The notes under the pieces: model-generated | Told to the model about the DNA's origin: nothing | Database searches by the model: none | What the model saw: the letters and a program-made list of their open reading frames with translations, nothing else | Program-made: the position numbers and the translations under genes | Source: Terriglobia bacterium | Lineage (GTDB): Bacteria; Acidobacteriota; Terriglobia; 20CM-2-55-15 | Direction: 5' to 3' | Length of the DNA stretch: 64,000 nt | NCBI GenBank assembly: GCA_963555775.3 | Contig: CAUVWY020000001.1 | Coordinates: forward strand, 69,534-133,533 | Part shown: positions 18,719 through 28,293 of the stretch, piece after piece | Numbering within the stretch: position 1 is the stretch's first letter | Layout: each line of letters begins with the position of its first letter

Positions 18719-19558
18719 ATGTTCAAGCCAGGTATAGGCACCGCGGTCATGCTCGCTGTGACAGCCACGTTGTTCGCAAGCACGACGGGCACGGCGTTCT
18801 CCCAGCAGAGGTTGATGCCCGAAACCGCGGCGGCGTTCGACCGGTTTATCGAGCAAGTCGAGCGGTCGATGGCCCGGCGCCACGATGGCGATGACGTTTT
18901 CTTGTGGCTGGCGGAGGATCGAACCCGTCTGGACGCCGCCGAGGCTGGAGATCTGGTTATCAGGAGGCTCGATGGCGATGCCGGCCTGGACGATGCCATG
19001 ATCCACAACTGGATCGGCGGGACGTTCATTCCCGGCGTGGAGATCGACGACGTTCTGACCGTCTTCCTGGACTACGACAAATATCCCGACATGTATCCCG
19101 GAGTCATCGACAGCAGGCTGCTTGGAAGCGACGGCAATTCGAACAGCATCTACCAACGGTTGCGCCGCGACGATGTGGTGCTGGACACGTGGCACGAGGC
19201 AGGCTACCGGACGCTCGATCGAAGACGGGCCATCGCCTGGTCCAGGTCCACCGAGATCCGGGAAGTCCGGAACGCGGGCGAGCCCAATGAAGAGCTTCTT
19301 CCGGAGGGAGAAGACCGGGGGTACATGTGGCGGATTTACGTGTACTGGCGCCTGGAGCAGCGTGAGGACGGAGTTTTCGCCGAATGCCACACCATCTCGC
19401 TGAGCCGCGATATCCCGTTCCTGCTACGATGGATCGTGACGCCTTTCGCTCGCAGGATCCCGCGGCAGGGATTGGAACAGTCTCTGGAAGCCACAAGAGT
19501 CGAGGCGCGAAAAGTCGCGGCAGCCTCTTCCGCCGTCGCGGCCCCGGCGGTGAATTGA
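18719..19558 (+). CDS. Hypothetical secreted protein (possibly START/SRPBCC-like; unverified)
   Basis: Signal peptide 'MFKPGIGTAVMLAVTATLFASTTGTAFSQQ'. First gene of the plus-strand lipid operon. The fold assignment is a guess. Confidence 0.45.
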   Translation: MFKPGIGTAVMLAVTATLFASTTGTAFSQQRLMPETAAAFDRFIEQVERSMARRHDGDDVFLWLAEDRTRLDAAEAGDLVIRRLDGDAGLDDAMIHNWIGGTFIPGVEIDDVLTVFLDYDKYPDMYPGVIDSRLLGSDGNSNSIYQRLRRDDVVLDTWHEAGYRTLDRRRAIAWSRSTEIREVRNAGEPNEELLPEGEDRGYMWRIYVYWRLEQREDGVFAECHTISLSRDIPFLLRWIVTPFARRIPRQGLEQSLEATRVEARKVAAASSAVAAPAVN

Positions 19559-19560
19559 AT

Positions 19561-20481
19561 ATGCCGGGACTCACCGTTCAGGACTCCGTCGCGCATCCCA
19601 TGGCCGGCGCGCCGGCCGCGAGCGGACGCCGGCCGGACCGCAACCATTCCGGCGAAGAGCTTCCGAGACTGGTCGAACGCTGGCCTCTCAAGCGCGTTCA
19701 TTGGCTGAGCCGGGCCGTGACATGCGCGGTCGTCGCAAGCTCGCTGGGCAGTCTTCTTTACACACCCCAGGGTGTGTGGGCCTGGACGCTGGACGTGCTT
19801 TTCCGCACGTACCTGGTGTTCGCCGGCACGGTGATGGCTCACGAAGGCACTCACGGACTGTTGGGCCGAACAGTGGCGGCCAATCTCTGGTGGGCGCGGC
19901 TTGCCCTGCTCCCCAGCATGGTCCCCTACACAAACTTTCGCAGAACGCACCTGCTGCATCATCGCTTTACCAATCTGGAGGACAAGGACCCCGATTATTA
20001 CGTCAAACCCCGGCGCGACTGGGAGCTGCCTCTGCGGGCGCTCGGAATGCCGCACCACTGGTTCTTCTGGTTGTTCAAACGCGGTGCGATCGATCGATCC
20101 CACGTCGTGAACCTGCTTCTGAACTACGTTGGCATCGCTCTCGTTTTCGCTGTCATTCTGGCTGTCGTCGGCCCCGCGCGGCTCTTCTGGGGAATGTTTC
20201 CGACATTGATTCTGGTGTCTCTGCTGCTCTGGTATCCATTCGCATACAAGACCCACGAGGGATTCTCGACGGGCCCCGCACGTACGCGTTCGCACGACTA
20301 TTACGGGCATTTCATGTTCTGGTTCTCGCTGGGACTGTCCCTGCATCGCGTTCATCACATGCGTCCACATCTTGCCTGGATCGAGTTGAGACAGTTCGTT
20401 CGGAAGGATCCGGTTCGCGGTTTTCGATTATTTCCCCGGCGCAATATCGAAACCCCGACGAATACCCGCGCCGCCTGTTGA
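19561..20481 (+). CDS. Membrane fatty-acid desaturase family protein
   Basis: Three His boxes: 'HEGTHG', 'HLLHHRF', 'HRVHHM'. ATG at 19561 is 2 nt after the upstream stop. Confidence 0.8.
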   Translation: MPGLTVQDSVAHPMAGAPAASGRRPDRNHSGEELPRLVERWPLKRVHWLSRAVTCAVVASSLGSLLYTPQGVWAWTLDVLFRTYLVFAGTVMAHEGTHGLLGRTVAANLWWARLALLPSMVPYTNFRRTHLLHHRFTNLEDKDPDYYVKPRRDWELPLRALGMPHHWFFWLFKRGAIDRSHVVNLLLNYVGIALVFAVILAVVGPARLFWGMFPTLILVSLLLWYPFAYKTHEGFSTGPARTRSHDYYGHFMFWFSLGLSLHRVHHMRPHLAWIELRQFVRKDPVRGFRLFPRRNIETPTNTRAAC

Positions 20482-21713
20482 TGTCCGGCATCGATCTGGG
20501 CACGCTCGATCTGGTATGCCGCGCGATGGACAGCCCGCTGCGCCCGTTGGACTACGCCCTGCTTCTTCATTTCAAACAACCGCCCGACGGCGCAGGGTTG
20601 CGGAAAGGCGCGCTCAGCGCCCGCAACCTGTATCCCTCGACCGGTTCCACTATCGAGGGAAGGAAATGGCGTCCGCTGGAAGCGCCCGAACACGGTCTGA
20701 GGGTCGCCAAAGCTGAAGGCGGCCAGACGGCCGGCGCCATCCGAGAATTCCTTCGGGTTCCCTTTCGCCTGGACCGGGAGCCGCCGCTTCGCCAGTTATT
20801 GATCGAGAGCATGAACGGTCCCGCCTGTCTCGTCACTCGCGTCCATCACGCCGCGGGGGATCTGCTGAGCACGCTGATGTGGATCCGCCACCAGTTGCGC
20901 GTCGCTTCGGGCCGCGACCTGTTCGTGGAAAACATGGCTCCTTTCGAGCCCCTCAGGTTGCGCCAATCCGCAGTCCGCGCATCGAAGAGCGCTTCGGCGT
21001 ACCGGGGACGATGCCACCCGATCTGGACGCGCAATGCGGCGCCCTCCCCCGAACGCGATTGGACGACATTCGAGATCCGGGCATCGGAGCTTTTGGGACT
21101 GTCACACGACAAGGAAGGGTTTACATACAACGATGTCCTGATCGCCTGTGCCCTCGATACGCTGCACTGGTGGAACAGCCGGCACGGCGCGACCGGAAGG
21201 AAAACAGGCGTGTGGTTGCCGATGAACATTCGCGAAGACCCGTTCAGGGGATTCGGTAACGGGACGAGCCGGATTCGCGTGTATCGCCGTTTCTCCGGCG
21301 GCGACACCCTTCAATCGAAATGCCGCCTGATCCGAAGCCAGATCGACTGGTCCCGCCGGCACGGGGAGTGGGCCGTTCCCGAAAGGCACCCGCTGACCCG
21401 CTGGCCTTTCGCGGGTTCGGTCCCCCTGTTGAGGGGATATCTGAACCGCCCCTGGGCCGACACGGGGAGCGCCGCGCTGACCCACGTCCAACAATGGCCC
21501 GGACAGAACGACGATGAATTCGCCGACGTCGTGGGCATGGAGACGATCGGGGCGTTGCACGCGCGCCACGCCCTGACGATGGCCGCGGTGACGCATTCCC
21601 GACAGTCCTGGATGACGCTGACCCACGACCCGGCTCTGCTCGGGGAGAACGACGTGACGGGCATTGCCCAACGGTTGGAGCACGCGCTACGGGTCGCCGC
21701 ACGGGATCTGTAA
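20481..21713 (+). CDS. HHxxxD-motif acyltransferase (condensation / WS-DGAT / PapA5-like superfamily)
   Basis: 'VHHAAGDLLS' catalytic motif. The start overlaps the desaturase stop by 1 nt (TGATG). Confidence 0.55.
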   Translation: MSGIDLGTLDLVCRAMDSPLRPLDYALLLHFKQPPDGAGLRKGALSARNLYPSTGSTIEGRKWRPLEAPEHGLRVAKAEGGQTAGAIREFLRVPFRLDREPPLRQLLIESMNGPACLVTRVHHAAGDLLSTLMWIRHQLRVASGRDLFVENMAPFEPLRLRQSAVRASKSASAYRGRCHPIWTRNAAPSPERDWTTFEIRASELLGLSHDKEGFTYNDVLIACALDTLHWWNSRHGATGRKTGVWLPMNIREDPFRGFGNGTSRIRVYRRFSGGDTLQSKCRLIRSQIDWSRRHGEWAVPERHPLTRWPFAGSVPLLRGYLNRPWADTGSAALTHVQQWPGQNDDEFADVVGMETIGALHARHALTMAAVTHSRQSWMTLTHDPALLGENDVTGIAQRLEHALRVAARDL

Positions 21714-23296
21714 TGCGCGCCTGGATCAACGACGCGCTTCGGGCCGCCATCGGCATCTGGCTGCGTATCGCCGGGGCTCTTTTCGAACTTCGACACCGCT
21801 GGCGAATCCGTTGTTTCGGGTGGTCCCAGGCGCGGCTTCGGCGACGATACCGCATCGGGCTGGATACGCCGATTTCCGATAATATCGGCTTTCCCGCCGG
21901 AGAGCGGGCCAACGCCCGGCATGGACCTCGCAGTCCCCGGATGGCGAAAACCTCGGGGTCGACGGGTCGGCCCAAGGCGGTTCCTTATACGAACGCGCGG
22001 ATTCGTGCAGTCCGATTCACGTTCATCGACGTATTCCTTCGCTGTTTCTGGAACCTGGACATCGCCCGCACGAGCCTCTATGTCTTCGGTTCGCTGGACA
22101 ATGACGAAACCCTGACCGCCCTGCTTCTGGAGGAAAGGCGAAACCCTTCCCGGCTTGCGGTCTTGCAGGCCCCATATCGCGTCGAACGGCATCCCGCACT
22201 TCAGGATTTGAGGGACCGCTACGGGACCGGCGCGCTTCGCTTGTGGATTGTGAGTTTGTCCAACCCGGGAGTCCTCTACAGCACCAATCCGTCGACGCTC
22301 TCGACGTTTTTTGACGAACTGAGCCATAACTGGCACGAAAGTTCGGCGCTGGTCCGGGACTATGTGCAGAAGCCGGAGACGTTTCGGGCTCCGGTCCATC
22401 GGATCGTCCGGCGGTTGGTTTCGCGGGGCGGCCGGGAACGCCTCGAACGGGTCGCGGCCAGCCCGACGTTCATGCCCATTCAAGAGTGGGCGCCGGGTCT
22501 GGACACGTACGTCTGCTGGATGGGCGGCTATGTCGCACCGTTTCTGGAACGTGTGCGGACCTATCTTCCGGCGCCTCGCTATCGTCTGGTCCCCATGTAT
22601 TCGATGTCGACGGAAACCGTCGAAACGATTACCCACCTCGGTCGCGATGGAATCGCCTTTCTTCCATTGGCCCCCGGCGTGTTCTATGAATTTCTGCAGG
22701 ACGACGCATCGCAAAAGCCGGAGAACCTGCAACCCTCCAGCCGCCTGCGGACAGGAAAGGCATACCGGATGGTCGTCAGCCACCCCTACGGCGCGCGCCG
22801 TTACGGGACCGGAGACGTCTTTCTGGTGAAGGAATGGGTAGGAGGATTGCCGGATCTTCGCTTTCTGCGGCGATCGGGGCTGGGGTACTCCTTCACCGGC
22901 GAGAAACTGACGGGCGAACAGTTGTCCGAAGCATTCGGAAAAATCCGCGGCGACTACCCCGCAATGGAAGACGCGGACTTCCTGACCTGCTTTCCGTCCC
23001 AGCCCGATACCGATCCCATTCCCCACTACAAACTGACGCTCATTCGCGGCGACGGGTTGCCGGAATGCGTGCTGCCGGGAATCGCGGAAGGGTGCGACCG
23101 GTTGCTCTCCGAGTTGAACCCGGAGTACCGGAACAAGCGCGAAAGCCGGCGTCTGGGACCGGTCCGGTTTCAACAGATGAACGCGAGCGAATTCCGCCGG
23201 CGGATGGGCGCCGGCCCGGCGCCGCCCGGCCTTGGGGCACAGTTCAAATTTTTGCCGCTGTATCCCCGCCTGTGGGAGTCGCTCGATCGACCTTGA
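21713..23296 (+). CDS. GH3-family adenylate-forming (acyl-acid amido synthetase-like) enzyme
   Basis: 'KTSGSTGRPKAVPYT' P-loop-like AMP motif and 'YGTGDVFLV...PDLRFLRRSG...FTGEKLTGEQL', typical of GH3 proteins. TAATG overlap with the upstream gene. Confidence 0.65.
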   Translation: MRAWINDALRAAIGIWLRIAGALFELRHRWRIRCFGWSQARLRRRYRIGLDTPISDNIGFPAGERANARHGPRSPRMAKTSGSTGRPKAVPYTNARIRAVRFTFIDVFLRCFWNLDIARTSLYVFGSLDNDETLTALLLEERRNPSRLAVLQAPYRVERHPALQDLRDRYGTGALRLWIVSLSNPGVLYSTNPSTLSTFFDELSHNWHESSALVRDYVQKPETFRAPVHRIVRRLVSRGGRERLERVAASPTFMPIQEWAPGLDTYVCWMGGYVAPFLERVRTYLPAPRYRLVPMYSMSTETVETITHLGRDGIAFLPLAPGVFYEFLQDDASQKPENLQPSSRLRTGKAYRMVVSHPYGARRYGTGDVFLVKEWVGGLPDLRFLRRSGLGYSFTGEKLTGEQLSEAFGKIRGDYPAMEDADFLTCFPSQPDTDPIPHYKLTLIRGDGLPECVLPGIAEGCDRLLSELNPEYRNKRESRRLGPVRFQQMNASEFRRRMGAGPAPPGLGAQFKFLPLYPRLWESLDRP

Positions 23297-23338
23297 ACGG
23301 GATGCCGGAAGGATCGCAAGGGGACGACAACGCCGGCG

Positions 23339-24460
23339 TCAGACTCCCCTGGCCGAATCCAGGATGAAATATCCCTTGTCCTCGACCGGTTCGAGAAAGG
23401 GCGTTTGCCAAAAGAACTTGAGGTGTTCCACCCCGAACCGACTTTCCATGTACCTGCCGGGCAGGGCCGCAGACAGAATGCGCGCGGATTCGGGCAGGTG
23501 GTACCAGGGAATCTCGGGCGCCACGTGGTGCGGGATGTGAATGTTGATATTGCACCAGAGGTACTCCACCCACTTCGGAAATCGAACGTCGAAGGTTGAA
23601 GCCATCTGGCTGCGCGCCGGATCCCATCCGTCGGCGGTGTAAATCAGACTCCGGGAATTCGCATGCTGGATCGTGATGATAAACGATCCGGTCACCATCG
23701 CGATGGCCGCCGGCACGCCGTGATACTTGAGCATGTTCCAGAACCCGGCCGACAGCCACAGTCCGCCATAGATCAGGACAACCGACAAGTACATCGACAG
23801 GTTGGACCGCCGCAACGGTTTCTTCCATGCCTGCCACTGTGCGGAGGTCAGCATGGATCGCAGATTGAAGGCGCGGCGCAACGTGTTCCTCGCGATCCAG
23901 ATGACCATGCCGAACGGCAGCCGGTACCCCAACCGCACCAGAGGCGTGTGCCGGGCGGACGGCGACCGGAACTGGGCACGCGTTCTCAGGTTGGCGGCCC
24001 AGTCGACCTCCTGGCCTTGAAGCTGCGTATGGCGATGGTGATGGTTGTGGGCGATTTGCCATGCGACCAGGCTGTTCCCCAGGGGGGACATGCAGAGATG
24101 TCCGATCAGGGTATTGACCCACTTCCGGTTCGAGAAGGACCCGTGGCCGCAATCGTGGCCCAGCGAAAACAGTCCCACCAGGACCCAGCCGTAAAAGATC
24201 CATACCGCGGCGAGAGCGGGCGCCTGCCATAGCACGGCCGCGCCACCCTGCACGTCGATGAGGCCGAGAAGCCCGAGGCAGATCCCGGCCATGGCGAGGA
24301 CACGGCCCAAGGCCCGCCAGGACCCGGTCACGTTGGGCGTCCGCAGCCGAAGGGGGACCATTCGCCGGAGTTCGGCCAGGGAGAGCGGCGCCTCGCGCAA
24401 CCGGGCGTCGACCAGACACGGCGTTGGCCCCCGACTGTTCGCGGACGCTTCGAACGTCAC
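23339..24460 (-). CDS. Membrane fatty-acid desaturase (DesA/acyl-lipid type)
   Basis: His boxes 'HDCGHGSF', 'HNHHHRHT', 'HIPHHV'. I place the start at GTG 24460, overlapping the upstream stop (GTGA). Alternative start: ATG 24361. Confidence 0.85.
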   Translation of the reverse strand: MTFEASANSRGPTPCLVDARLREAPLSLAELRRMVPLRLRTPNVTGSWRALGRVLAMAGICLGLLGLIDVQGGAAVLWQAPALAAVWIFYGWVLVGLFSLGHDCGHGSFSNRKWVNTLIGHLCMSPLGNSLVAWQIAHNHHHRHTQLQGQEVDWAANLRTRAQFRSPSARHTPLVRLGYRLPFGMVIWIARNTLRRAFNLRSMLTSAQWQAWKKPLRRSNLSMYLSVVLIYGGLWLSAGFWNMLKYHGVPAAIAMVTGSFIITIQHANSRSLIYTADGWDPARSQMASTFDVRFPKWVEYLWCNINIHIPHHVAPEIPWYHLPESARILSAALPGRYMESRFGVEHLKFFWQTPFLEPVEDKGYFILDSARGV

Positions 24461-25227
24461 GATTCGACGGGAACCTCGACCTTCTTTCGCCAGGCGACGT
24501 ACCACTGTGCCATCCTGACCCAATCGATCACACCGCCCGCGCTCATGGCCTTGAAGAGCTGTTTCTGGAGTTCCAGGGCATCGTCGACGGACAGGTGGAA
24601 CGCGCGCTGCGCCGTCCCGTGGAAGCCCGGCACGACGACCCACGCCCCGCCCACGTAGAACCAACTGAAGCGGGCGTCTCCTTCCTCTTCGGGATCTGGG
24701 GATTTGAGAAGGACGTGAATGATGTCCTTCCCCGAAACGATCTTTCGGAGCTTGCCGTTCGACATCAACGGATTTCGCAGCAGGCTGTTCGCCCCCGTCT
24801 GGCGCGCCCCAATCAGGGACCGTGCAATCCGGAAGCGTTCGACGGGATCGATGGTTCCCCGGGCAACCCGATCGGCCAACCGTTGGGCCTGGTACGCGTG
24901 GATATCGACGGCGAGCCTGGCGGACTCGTCCGCGGCGGCCGCGACGAATTCGATACGGTCCCCGTGGTGGACGCACGCGATACGTTCGCCGGTATCGATG
25001 ACGTGGACGATAACGCGATCGAAGAGCCCATCGAACAATCGTACGATTTTCGCGTCCGGATCGAGGCCTTTCCAGAGATCGAGCACGGATCCGGCGCCTC
25101 TGGCCGATAGCCAGGTGCCGTCATCCTTCAACGCGATGGGTTCCCCTTCGGGAGTGACGATGACTTTCATGAATACCTCGAATTCGGACTGGCCCATGTG
25201 TCCGTCAACCGCCGCAACAGAATTCAC
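24457..25227 (-). CDS. Hypothetical protein
   Basis: 256-aa ORF coupled by GTGA overlaps to both the HAD gene and the desaturase. No motif recognised. Confidence 0.5.
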   Translation of the reverse strand: MNSVAAVDGHMGQSEFEVFMKVIVTPEGEPIALKDDGTWLSARGAGSVLDLWKGLDPDAKIVRLFDGLFDRVIVHVIDTGERIACVHHGDRIEFVAAAADESARLAVDIHAYQAQRLADRVARGTIDPVERFRIARSLIGARQTGANSLLRNPLMSNGKLRKIVSGKDIIHVLLKSPDPEEEGDARFSWFYVGGAWVVVPGFHGTAQRAFHLSVDDALELQKQLFKAMSAGGVIDWVRMAQWYVAWRKKVEVPVES

Positions 25228-25895
25228 GGGGCCTCAGAACGGTTGGTGTGTCTCGCGAGCATCGTATAGAGTTCCCCAAAGGAACGAAAGTCCTTTCGAA
25301 GTATGAGTGACCGACAGCCGGCGGCGGCCGCACCGGCGCCGTCCGTGTCCACCCTGTCGCCGATGTGGAGCATGCACTCGGGTGTCAGTCCGAAGTCTTC
25401 GAGTATCCTCTCGAACCCCGCCGGATTTGGCTTGAAGAATCCCATCCGCTCGCCAACGTACACGGCGCTGAAGTATTCCTGGAGGCCCAGACCCCGCAGC
25501 TTTTCGTCCGCCTCGTAGTCGGTGAGGATGACCTGTGCCCGAACCCGTCCCTGAAAGTGGCCGAGCAGTGCCTCCACCCCCGGCCTCGGGCCCGACGCCG
25601 CGATCGCGGGCACCCACCATCTGCTCTCGAGTTCCCGCCGGCGGCGGGAACCGCCATTGACACGAACCGGATTTCCCGCATCGAACCGAACCCGTTCGAC
25701 GCGCCGCCAGAGTTCCCGCAGTTCGGCAAGTTCCCGAATCGGGGCCGGACGACGCCTTCGAATCGCGGAACCCATTGCGCGCATCCCGGCACGCCACGCG
25801 GCGCTCCGGGTCGAATACAGCGTCCCGTCGACGTCCCAGCTGACGACCTGGATCGAATCCATATCGGGAAGGTTCGAAGTGGCGTCGGGGATCAT
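25224..25895 (-). CDS. HAD-superfamily hydrolase
   Basis: Motif I 'VSWDVDGTLY' (DxDxT) and motif IV 'HIGDRVDTD'. Confidence 0.8.
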   Translation of the reverse strand: MIPDATSNLPDMDSIQVVSWDVDGTLYSTRSAAWRAGMRAMGSAIRRRRPAPIRELAELRELWRRVERVRFDAGNPVRVNGGSRRRRELESRWWVPAIAASGPRPGVEALLGHFQGRVRAQVILTDYEADEKLRGLGLQEYFSAVYVGERMGFFKPNPAGFERILEDFGLTPECMLHIGDRVDTDGAGAAAAGCRSLILRKDFRSFGELYTMLARHTNRSEAP

Positions 25896-25916
25896 CGGTG
25901 TTAACTTGTTGGAATC

Positions 25917-26738
25917 ATGCGGCGAACGCTGCCACTCGCAAGCGAGTTCGATCCCCGAAACGTTTCCGAACCGGCAAGGAACGGAGCGATGGACTGGACC
26001 GCGTTCAACGAACGCTTCGACCAGCTTCTCTCATCGGACTGGCGGCGCGTCAACGACGGGACCTCCTGCGGATTGCCGCGCCGGCTTCTGCGGCTTGTCT
26101 TGGCCTGCGTCCAACAAAAGCGTAACTCCATTCTGGACTTCAGGGGCAAGATCCGCGCTTTCTCGCAAATGAACATTCCGGCGAACCCCAACATCGTGTA
26201 CTTCGGTGCCGAAGCCGGTTGGGAAGCGGCCATGATCCAGGCCTTGTTCGGCAACGGCGGAAAGGTCCTTCTGATCGACAGGGATCCCGCGGCGTACGAA
26301 CGTTTTCTGAAGGCCCCCGTCGAGGTTCGGGTGCCGGCGCCCCGAGGATGGAAGGAACCATGGATCGTCGTGCGCCGCGACCTGTCCGGGATCGAATACA
26401 TCCGGCAGGATTTCTTCGAGGTTGAAAGGCCCAGAGGTTTCGATGTGGGAATCGACTGGGGCCTGATCGAGCACTACGAAGACGCCTGGAAACGAGCCGT
26501 GCTGGACCGTTTCAGGGATTTTCTTAAGCCGGGGGGCCTTCAGATCAGCAGCTGTCCCCGCGACTGCCTGGCCGTGCGCCTCTTCTATCGCGCGTTTTCA
26601 GACGAACTGAACTGGGGCTACCGGGAACTGATGACTCTGGACGAACTGAGCGCCCATCTGACGACTGCCGGCTACCGGATCGAGGCCGGCTTCACGCTCA
26701 CCGCCCACAACGTGGCGGCGTCGAGGAGCAGGCTGTGA
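25917..26738 (+). CDS. Probable class I SAM-dependent methyltransferase
   Basis: 'VYFGAEAGWEAAMI...KVLLIDRD' glycine-rich loop plus acidic residue, and 'DWGLIEHYED...FLKPGGL'. A moderate match to the Rossmann MTase pattern. Confidence 0.5.
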   Translation: MRRTLPLASEFDPRNVSEPARNGAMDWTAFNERFDQLLSSDWRRVNDGTSCGLPRRLLRLVLACVQQKRNSILDFRGKIRAFSQMNIPANPNIVYFGAEAGWEAAMIQALFGNGGKVLLIDRDPAAYERFLKAPVEVRVPAPRGWKEPWIVVRRDLSGIEYIRQDFFEVERPRGFDVGIDWGLIEHYEDAWKRAVLDRFRDFLKPGGLQISSCPRDCLAVRLFYRAFSDELNWGYRELMTLDELSAHLTTAGYRIEAGFTLTAHNVAASRSRL

Positions 26739-26935
26739 TGGGGAGCATTACGAACCTGTTAAAGCTGCAAGAGGCGACTCATCCCGGCAGCGCGGACGCG
26801 CCCGGATTCCGGCTGCATCCATTGATGGGGGACCGGGCGGGCGAGTGGAGCGTGCGCGTATCCGGCAACTGGCGTGTCGTGTTCCATTTCGAGGACGGCG
26901 AAGCCGTGGACGTGGACTTGGTCGATTATCACTGA
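26735..26935 (+). CDS. higB: HigB-family (killer protein, RelE/ParE superfamily) toxin, N-terminally truncated
   Basis: 'PGFRLHPLMGDRAGEWSVRVSGNWRVVFHFEDGEAVDVDLVDYH' is the family C-terminus. About 25-30 N-terminal residues expected from typical ~92-aa members are absent. The ORF abuts the methyltransferase stop. Confidence 0.7.
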   Translation: MMGSITNLLKLQEATHPGSADAPGFRLHPLMGDRAGEWSVRVSGNWRVVFHFEDGEAVDVDLVDYH

Positions 26936-26955
26936 CTGGAAGGGAGCATCGAACC

Positions 26956-27285
26956 ATGAACAACAATAATGGTGAACGGGTAGGCCCCATGCTGAACCCG
27001 CCGCACTTGGGCGAACTGATCCGCGAGAGCATGGAAGAGACCGGCTGGAATGTCACTGAGACGGCGGCGCGCCTGAACTGCGAGCGCCCGACGTTGTCGC
27101 GTCTGCTGAACGGCAAGGCGGGCGTATCGGCCACCATGGCTCTGTCGCTGGAAAACATCGGCTGGGGCACCGCCGAGCATTGGATGCGCATGCAGGCGAG
27201 CTACGAACTGGCACAGGCGCGTCTGCAGCGGGCGAACAGGGAACAGCCGACGAAGGCCGAGACCGTCGGCTCCGCACCGGCGTAA
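26956..27285 (+). CDS. higA: HigA-family antitoxin (XRE-type HTH)
   Basis: 'HLGELIRESMEETGWNVTETAARLNCERPTLSRLLNGKAGVSATMALSLE' is a typical HigA HTH. ATG at 26956. Confidence 0.8.
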   Translation: MNNNNGERVGPMLNPPHLGELIRESMEETGWNVTETAARLNCERPTLSRLLNGKAGVSATMALSLENIGWGTAEHWMRMQASYELAQARLQRANREQPTKAETVGSAPA

Positions 27286-27513
27286 GCGGCAACCATGCCA
27301 ACCCATGGCACAACGTTGAGGTTTGATAGCATTCATGGGTCTCCTCACGGAGACGATCCGTCACGCGGAGAAGTGGACCCCATTAGTTGGACAGCGCGGC
27401 AACCAAATTGAGGTGGATTCCGCGGTTCATGTTCAGGCTACTGAAGTCAGTGGTCGGTTTCCGGCATAGGCTTCGCTCGGCGTGAGGACACGCGCCTGGA
27501 ACGCGGGCCCGGA

Positions 27514-27543
27514 AGGTTTCTGACTGAAATGAAGGAAGGCGCG
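27514..27543. repeat. Isolated fragment of the composite repeat family (locus 2 of 4)
   Basis: 'aggtttctgactgaaatgaaggaaggcgcg' matches 'aggtttctgactgaattggaataaggcgc' near 58.05 kb and 'gatttctgactgaagtggaagaaggcg' near 45.05 kb. Confidence 0.6.
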
Positions 27544-27813
27544 CTGACGCCAACCACAGCCCCTCCCCTCGGATGGCCCCATCCCCCAGTCTTGGCGGGT
27601 CGCATCACGCAAGTTTCGGCGATATCCTGCTTTTCAAAAACGATGGCCGCACCCTGTCCGTCCTCGGTTCCTCGCGAGTCTGGGAGAGCTTGACTTGCCG
27701 CGGAGGGGCATCCAAAATATGCTCCAAGAGTACCCATTCAGCCGTTGATAGACGTAATGCGGTAGCGCGTTCCGGGGATCTCCCTCACGCGGAAGGCGTC
27801 AAGGAGGGTTCGA

Positions 27814-28230
27814 ATGAGAAGGAGAGTTCCAATGAGAATGTCTGATTCGATGCTGTGCGTCGTGTGTCTCGCGGTACTCGCCGCGGTTTTGCCGCTCGGC
27901 GCCCACCACTCGGTCGCGACGATGTTTGACCGCAACAGTCCGGTGACGATCACGGGGGTGGTGACGAAGGTTGAATGGCTTAATCCCCATATCTGGATCT
28001 ACGTCGACCAAACCGACGACCAGGACGGCGTCACCCACTGGGAGCTCGAAGGCGGCCAACCGAACGGATTGTCTCGGCGGGGCTGGAGACGGGATTCGCT
28101 GAAGCAGGGTGACCAGGTGACCATCGAAGCGGACATGTCCCGTTGCTGCGACAACGTGGCGAAGCTGGGATCGGTCCAGCTGGCCGATGGCACGCCGATC
28201 TGGCAAGGGTCGGCACAGGATCCGAATTAA
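27814..28230 (+). CDS. Small secreted protein, DUF6152-like (family name from memory, unverified)
   Basis: The signal peptide ends 'LPLGA|HHSVATMFD'. 'KVEWLNPHIWIYV' is conserved with the paralog at 63518-63910. SD 'aaggagg' lies upstream. Confidence 0.7.
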   Translation: MRRRVPMRMSDSMLCVVCLAVLAAVLPLGAHHSVATMFDRNSPVTITGVVTKVEWLNPHIWIYVDQTDDQDGVTHWELEGGQPNGLSRRGWRRDSLKQGDQVTIEADMSRCCDNVAKLGSVQLADGTPIWQGSAQDPN

Positions 28231-28293
28231 CTGCCTGACATTGGTGTGACGGCTCGGGACCGTTCCGGTCGGGCGAGTTCGAGGAGGTTCACG

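Noticed and set aside
21311-23173. 620-aa minus-strand ORF opposite the GH3 gene. Similar long antisense ORFs: 19336-20370, 19701-20480 (5' extension), 23244-24419, 27799-29106, 29164-30084, 35403-36338, 38548-39609, 39652-40494, 50142-52010, 58155-59015, 59002-60072.
   Set aside because: Each overlaps, on the other strand or in another frame, a gene with clear family motifs or a paralog in the window. Their products are low-complexity and Arg/Pro/Gly-rich. They are judged non-coding.
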